Notes: generated by a model not told the origin, from the sequence alone. Counted from the stretch's first letter, positions 9,055 to 18,296 are shown. The stretch: DNA of 26,361 nt from Calditrichaceae bacterium (GCA_050178385.1 JBFXGD010000035.1:1-26361), one strand, 5' to 3'. Numbers and translations: made by a program.

Positions 9055-11688
9055 TCAGGCAAGCACTTCTATCGGATTTCTCTCCGACTCTCCTTGAAGT
9101 ATTAACTGCTCCCTGCGATGGACATGGAACTTTTTTACATCGATACTGCCGTACTGAAACAGCTGATCCAATAACTCCTTCATTCGTACGGTTCGCATTT
9201 CAATGTTTCTTGTTTTCACCAGTATGGAATTATCTGTGCGTCGGATGGACACGATAAACGGTCGGATATCAATGATTTTCCGCTTTCCTTTAACCTCCCG
9301 TTCAACTTCGATCTGAACAGCCCCGAGCACATTTTTCAATGCAATCTCAAATTTTACCTGCTCAAAATTCATATCGCTGATATCGATCTCATACTCCGCG
9401 CCGTTTATAATCGAGGCCAGAGTTTCAACCTTTCCCCTGATAAGCATTGAATCGATAATTTTCAAGCCGCCGGGTAAAAACGGATTCAGCGTATCTTGCA
9501 AATCCGCGGCATACGTCTCTTCAATTTCCAAATCCATATACTCGGCATTGCTCGTATAACCCAGAGAAAGCGGCGGCCCAAAGGACAACTTCGGATGCGG
9601 GTTAAAACCCTGACTATACATCAGTGGTATTCCCGCTCTCCGGCAGGCCCGGCCAAAGATGCGAACTAAATCCAGATGAGATAAATATCTGGCATATTCG
9701 GTTTTTTGATACCTGATCCGAATCTTTTTTCCGACAGCTGCATCGCTCTCTTCCGGAGCTGATATTTCCGTTTTGGGAATTTCTTGCGGATGCGTCACTA
9801 AAAGTTCGTTGTCCGGAAATTTCTCATGCAATTTCAGCTGCGTATAACAATCGGCGAATTCCCTGAAGCCCCCTTTTCTCTGGATTCCGCAGCCGTAGCA
9901 TGTTCCTTCCTTGCAATCGAACATATTTTTTTCTTCGTAGGCATTCAGTCGCTCTCTGAGCAGATAATTTTTTGTGATTCCTTTATCGATATGATCCCAG
10001 GGGACTGGTTGATCGATATCCAACTGATCCGCGTACTGCCCGAGAGTAAGACCGGCCTTTTCAAATGCTTTTGTCCAAATATCATAGTTGAAATAATCGG
10101 ACCATCCGTCAAAAATCGCGCCCATTTCCCACGCGTTTTGGATAGCTTTCGCCACCCGTCTGTCTCCACGCCCCAACACACATTCCACTAACGAAACTTC
10201 CGGATCACGCCATGAAAATTTCACCTGCCTGAACCGGGCAAAACGTTTTCTTAAAATGTTAATCTTTTCAAGGAATTCAGTTCTGGTATCCTGTTTTTCC
10301 CATTGAAATGGTGTATGCGGTTTTGGAGAAAACGGCGAAACGGATACATTGAACTGTATCCTGCCGTAAGACTTACTAATTTCCACAACTTTTTCAATTA
10401 AATCGGCTAAAGCTTCGATATCCTCCTTTGTTTCGGTTGGCAAGCCAATCATGAAATAAAATTTTAGTACTTTCCAGCCGTTCCGCAGCGCGATATGAAC
10501 AGAATCAAACAAATGTTCATCTGTTATATTTTTATTGATCGCTCTGCGTAAACGCGCGCTCCCCGCTTCGGGGGCGAATGTAAAACCTGATTTACGAACA
10601 CGGGATGCAAATTCCGCGATCTCTTCATCGAATTTGTCAAGTCTCATGGAAGGGAACGAGACATTTACGTTTAAACCATCCAGCACCTGCTGTTCCGCCC
10701 GCATTAGACCTTTTAGATCCGAATAATCTGATATAGAAAGAGATAGAAAGGATATTTCGTCGTGTCCGGTACTGGCAATCATTTTCTGCGTCTGGCTGAC
10801 AATATCCTCTTTACTTCTTTCCCGGGTGGGTCGGTATGTCATTCCCGCGTTGCAAAAACGGCATCCTTCGGTACATCCGCGCATAACTTCGACGGATAAC
10901 CGGTTATGTGTCACCTCAATCAGAGGCACAATTGGTCTGTCCGGATAATATTCCGGTTTTAATTCAGATAAAATTCTTGTCATAATACGAGCCGGAATCT
11001 TATCGGTAGTTCTCGTGATTGATGAGAACTTACCATCGTCATAGGCTGCTTCATAAAGAGAAGGAACATAGACGCCTCTGATCTGACCGAGTTTTTCAAG
11101 AATTTCCGACCGCGATTTTTTCTCTTTTCGCGCCTTGCTGACCAGGTTGCAAATTTCAACAAAACCCTCTTCTCCATCACCGATCAGATAGGCATCGATA
11201 AAATCAGCCATCGGTTCCGGATTTGAACCGCTTGGCCCCCCAGCGAGTATTATCGGATCTTTTTCATCCCTGTCTTCGGATCGGATAGCTATATTACTGA
11301 GATTCAGCATATTCAAGACATTGGTAAATGTCAGTTCATACTGAAAAGTAAATCCTATAATATCAAATTCTTTAAGAGGCGTAAAAGACTCAAGGCTGTA
11401 TAAGGATAATTTGTTTTCACTTAACATGTCATTCATATCAGGCCAGGGAGCGTACACCCTTTCAGCCCAGATATTTTCACGGCTGTTCAAAACATGATAT
11501 AAGATTTCAAAACCGATGTACGACATGGCAATCTCATAGACTTCAGGGAACGCCAAAGCCACTCGCACATCAACCGTATCAGCGTTTTTTTGCACAATGT
11601 TCAGTTCATTGCCGACGTATCGGGCAGGCTTGCTGACAAATGGTAATATTTTATTTTTTAATACGGTATCAACCGTAATATTTTTCAT
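9055..11688 (-). CDS. TIGR03960-type (B12-binding-like) radical SAM protein fused to a TIGR03936/DUF2344 radical SAM-linked domain
   Basis: N-terminal KPARYVGNELN, FPEVYEIAMS, ERVYAPWPD; CxxxCxxC motif RGCTEGCRFC; TFAPEAGS; extra CKEGTCYGC; C-terminal domain RYLSHLDL…YSQGFNPHPKLSFG (~9055-9730). Confidence 0.88.
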   Translation of the reverse strand: MKNITVDTVLKNKILPFVSKPARYVGNELNIVQKNADTVDVRVALAFPEVYEIAMSYIGFEILYHVLNSRENIWAERVYAPWPDMNDMLSENKLSLYSLESFTPLKEFDIIGFTFQYELTFTNVLNMLNLSNIAIRSEDRDEKDPIILAGGPSGSNPEPMADFIDAYLIGDGEEGFVEICNLVSKARKEKKSRSEILEKLGQIRGVYVPSLYEAAYDDGKFSSITRTTDKIPARIMTRILSELKPEYYPDRPIVPLIEVTHNRLSVEVMRGCTEGCRFCNAGMTYRPTRERSKEDIVSQTQKMIASTGHDEISFLSLSISDYSDLKGLMRAEQQVLDGLNVNVSFPSMRLDKFDEEIAEFASRVRKSGFTFAPEAGSARLRRAINKNITDEHLFDSVHIALRNGWKVLKFYFMIGLPTETKEDIEALADLIEKVVEISKSYGRIQFNVSVSPFSPKPHTPFQWEKQDTRTEFLEKINILRKRFARFRQVKFSWRDPEVSLVECVLGRGDRRVAKAIQNAWEMGAIFDGWSDYFNYDIWTKAFEKAGLTLGQYADQLDIDQPVPWDHIDKGITKNYLLRERLNAYEEKNMFDCKEGTCYGCGIQRKGGFREFADCYTQLKLHEKFPDNELLVTHPQEIPKTEISAPEESDAAVGKKIRIRYQKTEYARYLSHLDLVRIFGRACRRAGIPLMYSQGFNPHPKLSFGPPLSLGYTSNAEYMDLEIEETYAADLQDTLNPFLPGGLKIIDSMLIRGKVETLASIINGAEYEIDISDMNFEQVKFEIALKNVLGAVQIEVEREVKGKRKIIDIRPFIVSIRRTDNSILVKTRNIEMRTVRMKELLDQLFQYGSIDVKKFHVHRREQLILQGESERNPIEVLA

Positions 11689-11739
11689 TATACTTTATTC
11701 CGTAAACGGGCTTTATTACACCTTAATTAAAAACATGGT

Positions 11740-11768
11740 AATTTATAAAATAATAAATAGTTAAGCAA
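11740..11768 (-). promoter_or_regulatory. Predicted sigma70-type promoter of the radical SAM-rng unit
   Basis: TTGCTT (11768-11763) - 17 nt - TAAATT (11745-11740). Confidence 0.55.
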
Positions 11769-11865
11769 ATTGAACGATTTCACATGAGGAATGGGGAACG
11801 CAGAATCCGGCCTAAACTTGTCTCTACCCGCTGTTCGTTATTTTATATGATTAATCAGGCCTGGA

Positions 11866-12315
11866 TTACTCCATAATCGCCCTGACTTTTTGCAAAAGAA
11901 TGGGAATATTATTGTGTGAATCAGGGATAATCACGATGGAATCGTCTCCCGCCACTGTACCGATTATATGACTGTCTTTGATTCTGTCAAGGTATATTGC
12001 TACCCCCTGCGCCCGGCCCGGCATGGTCTTTATCACGACGGTTGATTCGTTAAACAGGATATTCACAATCTCCATACCTATGAGCTGTCTCAGATTATGA
12101 GCTGTATCTTCCTGATGAAAAACGTATTTAAACCCTCTCTCGGAAGGCACCCTGACGATACCTATCTCATGCAGATCTCTCGAAAGCGTAGCTTGTGTTG
12201 TTTCATATCCCTGTTTTTTTAATTCTTCTCCTAATTCTTCCTGGCTTGATATATCCCGTGTGGAAATTATTTCTTTAATTTTTGCCTGACGTAAGTTTTT
12301 ATTTGACATGCTCAT
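11866..12315 (-). CDS. argR: Arginine repressor
   Basis: RQAKIKEII…SSQEEL…TTQATLSRDL winged HTH; VIKTMPGRAQGVA and GTVAGDDS arginine-binding domain; start uncertain (12342, 12315 or 12309). Confidence 0.92.
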   Translation of the reverse strand: MSMSNKNLRQAKIKEIISTRDISSQEELGEELKKQGYETTQATLSRDLHEIGIVRVPSERGFKYVFHQEDTAHNLRQLIGMEIVNILFNESTVVIKTMPGRAQGVAIYLDRIKDSHIIGTVAGDDSIVIIPDSHNNIPILLQKVRAIME

Positions 12316-12473
12316 GTACCCGGTTTTATTTAGTGTCACCATTAAATTATCCGGCTATACCGGACAGATTTTATAATTATTTTGAGACCAATCCTGAAGC
12401 AAATAAAAGTAATTAAATTTAGTTATTTCTAATAAATATTACAACTAAAACTTTTATTTTCCCGGTTCTGATG

Positions 12474-12496
12474 TGCATGTAATTAATATTCATGCA
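12474..12496. promoter_or_regulatory. Candidate ARG box (ArgR operator)
   Basis: TGCATGTAATTAATATTCATGCA: palindromic ends; on the minus strand reads TGAAT-ATTA-ATTAC versus ARG-box consensus TGAAT-N4-ATTCA; lies between argR and the divergent lipoprotein gene. Confidence 0.45.
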
Positions 12497-12657
12497 ATAT
12501 GGGAAATACGTGATTGTAAATTTTAACAATCTCCGCGGTGAACTCATGCATAAATACTTTACTTCTTGCTATTTAATTCCGGCATCTCTAAAATCAGACA
12601 TATTCGTTGATTCATACAGCATCCATAACATAAACCGGATAAGAAAGGAAATATATT

Positions 12658-13170
12658 ATGAAGTGGTTTTATCTAATCGTTTCATTCCTGATTTTATCCT
12701 TCCTGATCACCTGTAAAAGCGAAAAAAAAGTCGGGCAGGAAATGGTTGAAGAGCAGACAAATGCCGTCGCGGAATCAGAAGCGTTTTTTACCCCGCCTGA
12801 TATGGCCGACATTCAGTTTGATCAGTTATCGGAACTTCAACAACAAATTATGCGGAGTTCAGCGGATGCGGAGATAAGAAAAAAATTTATCAGTCAGGCT
12901 TATTTTGCAGACCACAACAGCATCATCACCATCGGTATTGCCAGACTTACAAATCCTGAAACGGGAGCACCAATCACGCGTGGCCTTGTACAGAGAGCCG
13001 CCCAGGTCGATGCCAACCGTTGGGCCGCTTATGGTATAAGCTGGATTAAAAACAGCTATCAGCCCGATTTTGGTAAACTACAGACATTTTTCCAGGGTGA
13101 GCAAAAAGTGCTTATGAGTTATACACAGGGAGATTCACTTTATCTCGCAGTGGCGTCACGCGTGAATTAA
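12658..13170 (+). CDS. Hypothetical lipoprotein
   Basis: Signal peptide II-like MKWFYLIVSFLILSFLIT|C; SD AAAGGA; segment QRAAQVDANRWAA is reminiscent of LPP20-type helices (weak). Confidence 0.7.
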   Translation: MKWFYLIVSFLILSFLITCKSEKKVGQEMVEEQTNAVAESEAFFTPPDMADIQFDQLSELQQQIMRSSADAEIRKKFISQAYFADHNSIITIGIARLTNPETGAPITRGLVQRAAQVDANRWAAYGISWIKNSYQPDFGKLQTFFQGEQKVLMSYTQGDSLYLAVASRVN

Positions 13171-13198
13171 ACTTTTTTATGATGGGATTTCAGACTGG

Positions 13199-14767
13199 CT
13201 ACTCGCGATAATGACAACCGATGCTCCGTTTGTTCTCCCAGGCGGCAGAAGCAACGATAATCGCTGTACGCACCACATTGCGAAGTCCAATAAGACTATC
13301 CGTAACCCGTGTAACGCGATAAAACTCTTCGATTTCGTTTTCGAGGTCACGCAGGTCGCGCAGCGCTCTTTCCAGACGTTTTGTGGTTCTTATAAGACCC
13401 ACATAATTCCACATGATATTTTTTATATATGTAAGATCCTGACTTATGAGCGCGGGATCCGGAACTTCAAGACCGGCATCCTGCCAGGGCGGAATATTCT
13501 GCGGGTCAGGCGAAGGCGTGTTTTTCAGATTTTGACTGATATGGTCAGCCGCGCGTTTACCCCATACCAGACCTTCAAGAAGTGAAGTGCTGGCCAGGCG
13601 GTTCGCTCCGTGCACACCCGTGCAGGCGATCTCTCCGACCGCGTAGCAATTATCTATTGTGGTCACCCCCCACTCATCCACCCATACACCACCGCATGCA
13701 TAATGGGCGGCAGGCACAACCGGTACAAGATCTTTGGATATATCCACACCATATTCAATGCAGTTCTTATAAATATTCGGAAATTCTTTTTTTATCTTAT
13801 CAGAAGGCAGATAGGACACGAGATCAAGATATACATTAGAAACTCCCTGCAGAAGCATTTCCTTGTGAATACTGCGCGCGACAATATCCCTGGGCGCCAG
13901 ATCCTTCCATTTTGGTTCATACTTCTGCATGAACGGCTTTCCATCAGCATTGACAAGACGCGCTCCCGCCCCGCGGACAGCCTCGGAGATCAGGTACAAG
14001 GGAGCGTTTCGGTGAAAAAATGTCGTCGGATGAAACTGTATAAATTCGCTGTTTATGACTCTGGCGCCACTCCGGTATGCCATGGCAACCCCATCACCGC
14101 GCGCTCCGGCCGGATTGGTGGTTCTCAAAAATATCTGCCCGAGTCCACCCGTGGCGACAATGGTTTTTTTAGCCATACACCGGACCACCTGGCCTGAATC
14201 CTGATCAAGCGCATACGCGCCGACGCAGGACCGTGGTTCATATACGGCAAGACTATCTATTGAATGATGATGAGGCGTCAGCAGGTCCACCGCCGTATGC
14301 CTGGTAAGCAGTTTTATTTTGGGATGATTTTTAACCGCATTCGCCAGAGCTATTTCGATGACTTTCCCGGTGGCGTCACTGGCGTGAACGATCCGCGCGA
14401 CGGAATGTCCGCCTTCATTCACCAGAGATAATTCACCTTTTTCTGTTTTGTCAAACACAATACCATATTTCTCAATAAGGAGCTGCTGTACGAGCTCCGG
14501 GCCATCCTTTGCCAGAATCGAGACCGCTTGTGGATTGCAGTGATTGCCGCCGGCATTATTTATATCCCTGATTAACGAATCGGGAGTGTCATTTTTGCCG
14601 CGATAAACGATACCGCCCTGCGCGTAGTAGGTATTGGAATCAGAAGGTTCTGACGCCCGCGTCACCAGGATGACTTCGACACCTTTTTCAGCTAACTCAA
14701 GGGCTGCGATACTTCCCGCGATTCCGCTTCCGATAACCAGAACTTCCGATTCATAGCAAATACTCAT
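13199..14767 (-). CDS. nadB: L-aspartate oxidase
   Basis: FAD motif VIGSGIAG; YAQGGI, EGGHSVARIVHA, FIQFHPT, LISEAVRGAGA, AAHYACGG, GVHGANRLASTSLLEG; operon with nadA/nadC. Confidence 0.95.
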   Translation of the reverse strand: MSICYESEVLVIGSGIAGSIAALELAEKGVEVILVTRASEPSDSNTYYAQGGIVYRGKNDTPDSLIRDINNAGGNHCNPQAVSILAKDGPELVQQLLIEKYGIVFDKTEKGELSLVNEGGHSVARIVHASDATGKVIEIALANAVKNHPKIKLLTRHTAVDLLTPHHHSIDSLAVYEPRSCVGAYALDQDSGQVVRCMAKKTIVATGGLGQIFLRTTNPAGARGDGVAMAYRSGARVINSEFIQFHPTTFFHRNAPLYLISEAVRGAGARLVNADGKPFMQKYEPKWKDLAPRDIVARSIHKEMLLQGVSNVYLDLVSYLPSDKIKKEFPNIYKNCIEYGVDISKDLVPVVPAAHYACGGVWVDEWGVTTIDNCYAVGEIACTGVHGANRLASTSLLEGLVWGKRAADHISQNLKNTPSPDPQNIPPWQDAGLEVPDPALISQDLTYIKNIMWNYVGLIRTTKRLERALRDLRDLENEIEEFYRVTRVTDSLIGLRNVVRTAIIVASAAWENKRSIGCHYRE

Positions 14768-14779
14768 AAAGTTTTTTCC

Positions 14780-15820
14780 TTAACCGATCCGGATCATCCG
14801 TTCAACCGCCAGCGCGGCTTTCACGCGAATTTCTTCCGGGACTTCTATTTGATAGCGATTGAATTTTAACGCGTCTAAGGTGTCTTCCAGTGTAATTTCA
14901 TTCATATGAGGACAACGGACACTGCACAAACGGAGCATGTCTTTTTCCGGATTTGCCGCCGCGATATTATCACCCATTGAACACTCGGTCAACAGAAGAT
15001 AATGCGGAGCGGATGATTCGCTGACATAACGGATCATTGCCGATGTGCTTCCCGAAAAATCAGCCGCGCCTGTAACTTCAGGACTGCACTCCGGGTGAGC
15101 AAGAATAACCACATCCGGAAATTGTTTCCGAACCGTGTCTATATCCTCCGTCGTGAATTTTTCGTGCACTTCACAACGTCCTCTCCAGCCGATCATCTGA
15201 TAATCCAGACCCGATTCCTGACCGCTGCTATCTCCAGGAAGCACTGAGGGGAAAATGATGTGTTTTCCGGTATCCCTGGCGACATTTTTTGCAAGATATT
15301 CGTCCGGCAAAAATATGACCGTATCCGTTCCGAGAGACTCCACCACAGCCGCCGCGTTTCCAGATGTACAGCAAATATCACTTTCCGCCTTAACATCCGC
15401 ATAGCTGTTTACATACGTTACGACCGGCACTCCGGGGAATTTCTGCTTCAGTTTTCTCACATCTTCCGCTGTAATGCTCTCAGCCAGGGAACAACCCGCC
15501 TTTTTCGCCGGGAGTAAAACCGTTTTTTCGGGATTCAGAATTTTAGCCGTTTCGGCCATAAAGCGGACACCGCAGAATACAATCGTATCCTCCTTCACTT
15601 CGGCTGCTTTACGGCTGAGTTCAAGTGAATCACCTTTGATATCCGGGACAAAATAAAACAGAGCGGGCTCCATATAATTGTGTCCAAGGATTACGGCATT
15701 TTTCTCCTTTTTCAGACGGTTTATCTCATAAACCAATCCCGCTTTGTATTTTAACTCCCCGTCCGGAAGGACTTTTGACAGCCGCTCTTTCATTTCATTA
15801 TATATTTGATCAACAGACAC
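14780..15820 (-). CDS. nadA: Quinolinate synthase
   Basis: GHNYM, GDSLELS, FCGVRFMAETAKILNP, AGCSLA, YVNS, CEVH, AHPEC, CPHM (three Fe-S Cys); GTG start at 15820 behind SD GGAGG preferred over TTG 15835. Confidence 0.95.
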   Translation of the reverse strand: MSVDQIYNEMKERLSKVLPDGELKYKAGLVYEINRLKKEKNAVILGHNYMEPALFYFVPDIKGDSLELSRKAAEVKEDTIVFCGVRFMAETAKILNPEKTVLLPAKKAGCSLAESITAEDVRKLKQKFPGVPVVTYVNSYADVKAESDICCTSGNAAAVVESLGTDTVIFLPDEYLAKNVARDTGKHIIFPSVLPGDSSGQESGLDYQMIGWRGRCEVHEKFTTEDIDTVRKQFPDVVILAHPECSPEVTGAADFSGSTSAMIRYVSESSAPHYLLLTECSMGDNIAAANPEKDMLRLCSVRCPHMNEITLEDTLDALKFNRYQIEVPEEIRVKAALAVERMIRIG

Positions 15821-15841
15821 TTTATTTTCCTCCAAAAATGA

Positions 15842-16687
15842 CTATTCCAACAAAAGACTAATATCAAGCGCTTTGACAGAATGTGTCAGCATCCCGACCG
15901 AAATATAATCAACGCCTGTGGCAGCAATCCCGGCAACCGTACCCGGGTTGACATTGCCCGAGGCTTCAAGCGGGATCCTGCCGTCCGTTAATTTTACCGC
16001 TTGTTTCATTTCATCCGTTGACATATTATCAAGCATAATCCGGTCGATTTTCAGACCGAGCGCTTCTTCCAATTCCTTTAGATTTTTTACTTCAACTTCG
16101 ATGGGCCGATTCCGTTTATCCTTCTCTTTTACCATTGCCACGGCTTTTGTGATACTCCCCACGGCGGCAATATGATTATCCTTGACCATAACCATATCAT
16201 ACAACCCTATGCGGTGATTCTGCCCGCCTCCAAGCCGAACCGCCCATTTATCAGTAAGCCGCAGACCCGGAACGGTCTTTCGCGTGTCAAGAATAACCGC
16301 GGAGGTGCCCTCAACCGCTTTTACAAATTTCCGGGTTAGAGTTGCAATACCTGACATTCGCTGCAAGAAATTCAGCGCCACCCTTTCAGCTTCAAGAATA
16401 GATCGCGCAGGCCCGCTGATACCGGCAATCAAATCCCCCTTTTTAACGGAGGCTCCATCCTGAACAACAGGGACGAACTTAACACTTTTATCAATAGCGG
16501 CAAAAACCATTCCGGCCACTTCAAGCCCGGCAATAACACCCATTTCCTTAGCGATCATTCGTCCCGCGGCGCGGGTATCCCCGGGAATTGTACAGATGGA
16601 GGTTACATCACCGTCCCCGATGTCCTCGGCAAGCGCTTGTTTGACAACAATCAGGATTGAATTTTTTTCTTTTGACAATTTATCCAT
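15842..16687 (-). CDS. nadC: Carboxylating nicotinate-nucleotide diphosphorylase (quinolinate phosphoribosyltransferase)
   Basis: ALAEDIGDGDVT, ERVALNFLQRMSGIAT, DTRKTVPGLR, NHRIGLYD..MVKDNH, IEVEV, IMLDNM, EASGNV, GVDYISVG. Confidence 0.96.
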   Translation of the reverse strand: MDKLSKEKNSILIVVKQALAEDIGDGDVTSICTIPGDTRAAGRMIAKEMGVIAGLEVAGMVFAAIDKSVKFVPVVQDGASVKKGDLIAGISGPARSILEAERVALNFLQRMSGIATLTRKFVKAVEGTSAVILDTRKTVPGLRLTDKWAVRLGGGQNHRIGLYDMVMVKDNHIAAVGSITKAVAMVKEKDKRNRPIEVEVKNLKELEEALGLKIDRIMLDNMSTDEMKQAVKLTDGRIPLEASGNVNPGTVAGIAATGVDYISVGMLTHSVKALDISLLLE

Positions 16688-16906
16688 TTTAACGCATCAT
16701 TTTTGATATTTATACCGTGCAGATCAATTTAGTTTTCATCCTTAACCGGATGGAGTCTCAAATTTAACAAATCATTGACAAAATCAAAAATTAAAGCGCA
16801 GTTTTTTGATTAATTCAGAACTGTACAATTAAATAATTCTGAATTTTTGAAAATATTTATTGTTTACTATGCGTTAATCATGCAAATAATAAATTGATTG
16901 GAGATA

Positions 16907-17227
16907 ATGTTGACAAAACAAGAATGTTTTAATGCCGGTCTGACACATTTCGCGAAACAGGAATTTGACGCCGCTATCGATTTTTTTCAACAGGCAATTG
17001 ATATAGACGAAAACTATGAATCCGCCTACAGCGCGCTGGCGGAATGCTATAACCGCGCCGGAAGAGTTGATGAGGCGATACCGGTGGTTCAAAAATGGAT
17101 CGAAATAAATAAGTATGACCCCCTCGCGCACACGGCTCTTTCAAGACTTTATGTTCAAAAAAATATGATTGAAGAGGCGGAGAAAGAAATGGCGATTTCA
17201 AATTTTCTGGCGCAGCAGGGATCCTGA
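16907..17227 (+). CDS. Small tetratricopeptide-repeat protein
   Basis: TPR pattern FDAAIDFFQQAIDIDENYESAYSALAECYNRAGRVDEAI…DPLAHTALSRLY; ATG 16907 follows SD GGAG. Confidence 0.8.
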   Translation: MLTKQECFNAGLTHFAKQEFDAAIDFFQQAIDIDENYESAYSALAECYNRAGRVDEAIPVVQKWIEINKYDPLAHTALSRLYVQKNMIEEAEKEMAISNFLAQQGS

Positions 17228-17312
17228 ATAGTTTTACGATCTATTGCAGATGGTTGATTGATATACCGCTTCGTGCTAAATTATGAGCGGTAGATTAAAC
17301 GACATCTGAATT

Positions 17313-18209
17313 ATGAGACAAAAGAAATCCAACGCAATCAATTTAGTATTTATTGATTCCGGCCTGGGAGGACTCTCCGTTATGGCCGGTTTTTTCAAGC
17401 TACTTGACCAATCTTCCCTTCATCTGCCTGATATAAACCTGCTCTATGTTAACGCGCTTTATGCAGATGATCTGGGATATAACAAGATGACCGGCATTAA
17501 AGAGCAGGCCGATGCATTTGACCGTGTGCTTTATGCCGTGGAGAAGCGATTTTCCCCCGTACTTACCGCCATCGCCTGCAACACTCTGTCAGCGATTTAT
17601 CCTCATACCGCGTATTCTCAGATGAACAATTTTCCTGTTTACCTGATCAGCAAAACGGGCACGCGGATTCTCGATGAGTATCATAAGCAAAATTCCGGGA
17701 TTCCGGTCTATGTGCCCGCCTCTCCAACAACGATAGATTCGGGTATTTATAACCACCCTTCTGAGAAAATACATCCAATTTCAGCCGGAACGCTCGCATC
17801 CGAAATCGAAAATGACTCTGACGGATGCAGAATTGATTCGATCATTCATCAACTATACGCGAAGATACATTCACAGACGCAGCCGGGTTCGGCTATCAGT
17901 ATGTTTTTGGGCTGCACACACTATGGATACATCACCCGGCGTTTTTTATCTTTGTCCGGAGAATCTGGCATTATTATCAAAGATATTATCAATCCAAACG
18001 ACTCTTTTTGTGAAGAGATTTATCATAGCTTTTTATCAGAATCTGCTTTTCCGGCAACCAACGCTTCCGGCAAAATAACCTGCTCTGTGTTTTCCAGAAC
18101 TAAGTTACCGGTTGGCGTAAGAAAACGGATCTCAGGATATCTCCTACCGGAAAGCCCGCCGGTCGCAAATGAGCTCATGGATTATCAATATGTGAAAGAC
18201 CTGTTCTGA
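17313..18209 (+). CDS. Cofactor-independent Glu/Asp racemase family protein (divergent MurI-like)
   Basis: DSGLGGLSV, IACNT and LGCTHY motifs with both catalytic Cys; canonical GDTAR.PYG loop replaced. Confidence 0.8.
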   Translation: MRQKKSNAINLVFIDSGLGGLSVMAGFFKLLDQSSLHLPDINLLYVNALYADDLGYNKMTGIKEQADAFDRVLYAVEKRFSPVLTAIACNTLSAIYPHTAYSQMNNFPVYLISKTGTRILDEYHKQNSGIPVYVPASPTTIDSGIYNHPSEKIHPISAGTLASEIENDSDGCRIDSIIHQLYAKIHSQTQPGSAISMFLGCTHYGYITRRFLSLSGESGIIIKDIINPNDSFCEEIYHSFLSESAFPATNASGKITCSVFSRTKLPVGVRKRISGYLLPESPPVANELMDYQYVKDLF

Positions 18210-18223
18210 GCGCCCTATTAAAT

Positions 18224-18254
18224 TTGTAAAATGTCATCTGATTGCTTAATTTTG
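18224..18254 (+). promoter_or_regulatory. Predicted sigma70-type promoter of the SH3b lipoprotein gene
   Basis: TTGTAA (18224-18229) - 17 nt - TAATTT(TG) (18247-18254). Confidence 0.5.
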
Positions 18255-18296
18255 CCAACTTTAAATCAAAATCGATGATTATTCCGGAGTAGATAA

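Noticed and set aside
11763..11867. GCAAA…GGGAACGCAGAATCCGGCCTAAAC resembles the c-di-GMP-I (GEMM) riboswitch core
   Set aside because: Plus-strand orientation points antisense into argR with no gene to control; no GNRA-capped P2 or matching 3' strand; AATCCGGCCT pairs instead with AGGCCTGGATT at the argR stop. An Rfam scan would settle it.
13211..14197. Plus-strand ORFs of 124, 85 and 195 aa opposite nadB, and similar short antisense or alternate-frame ORFs across the window
   Set aside because: Shadow ORFs inside well-supported genes, without motifs or ribosome-binding sites.
13199..16687. nadC-nadA-nadB order and apparently higher GC as a sign of horizontal transfer
   Set aside because: nad gene order varies widely, no mobility features flank it, and the GC difference was not quantified.
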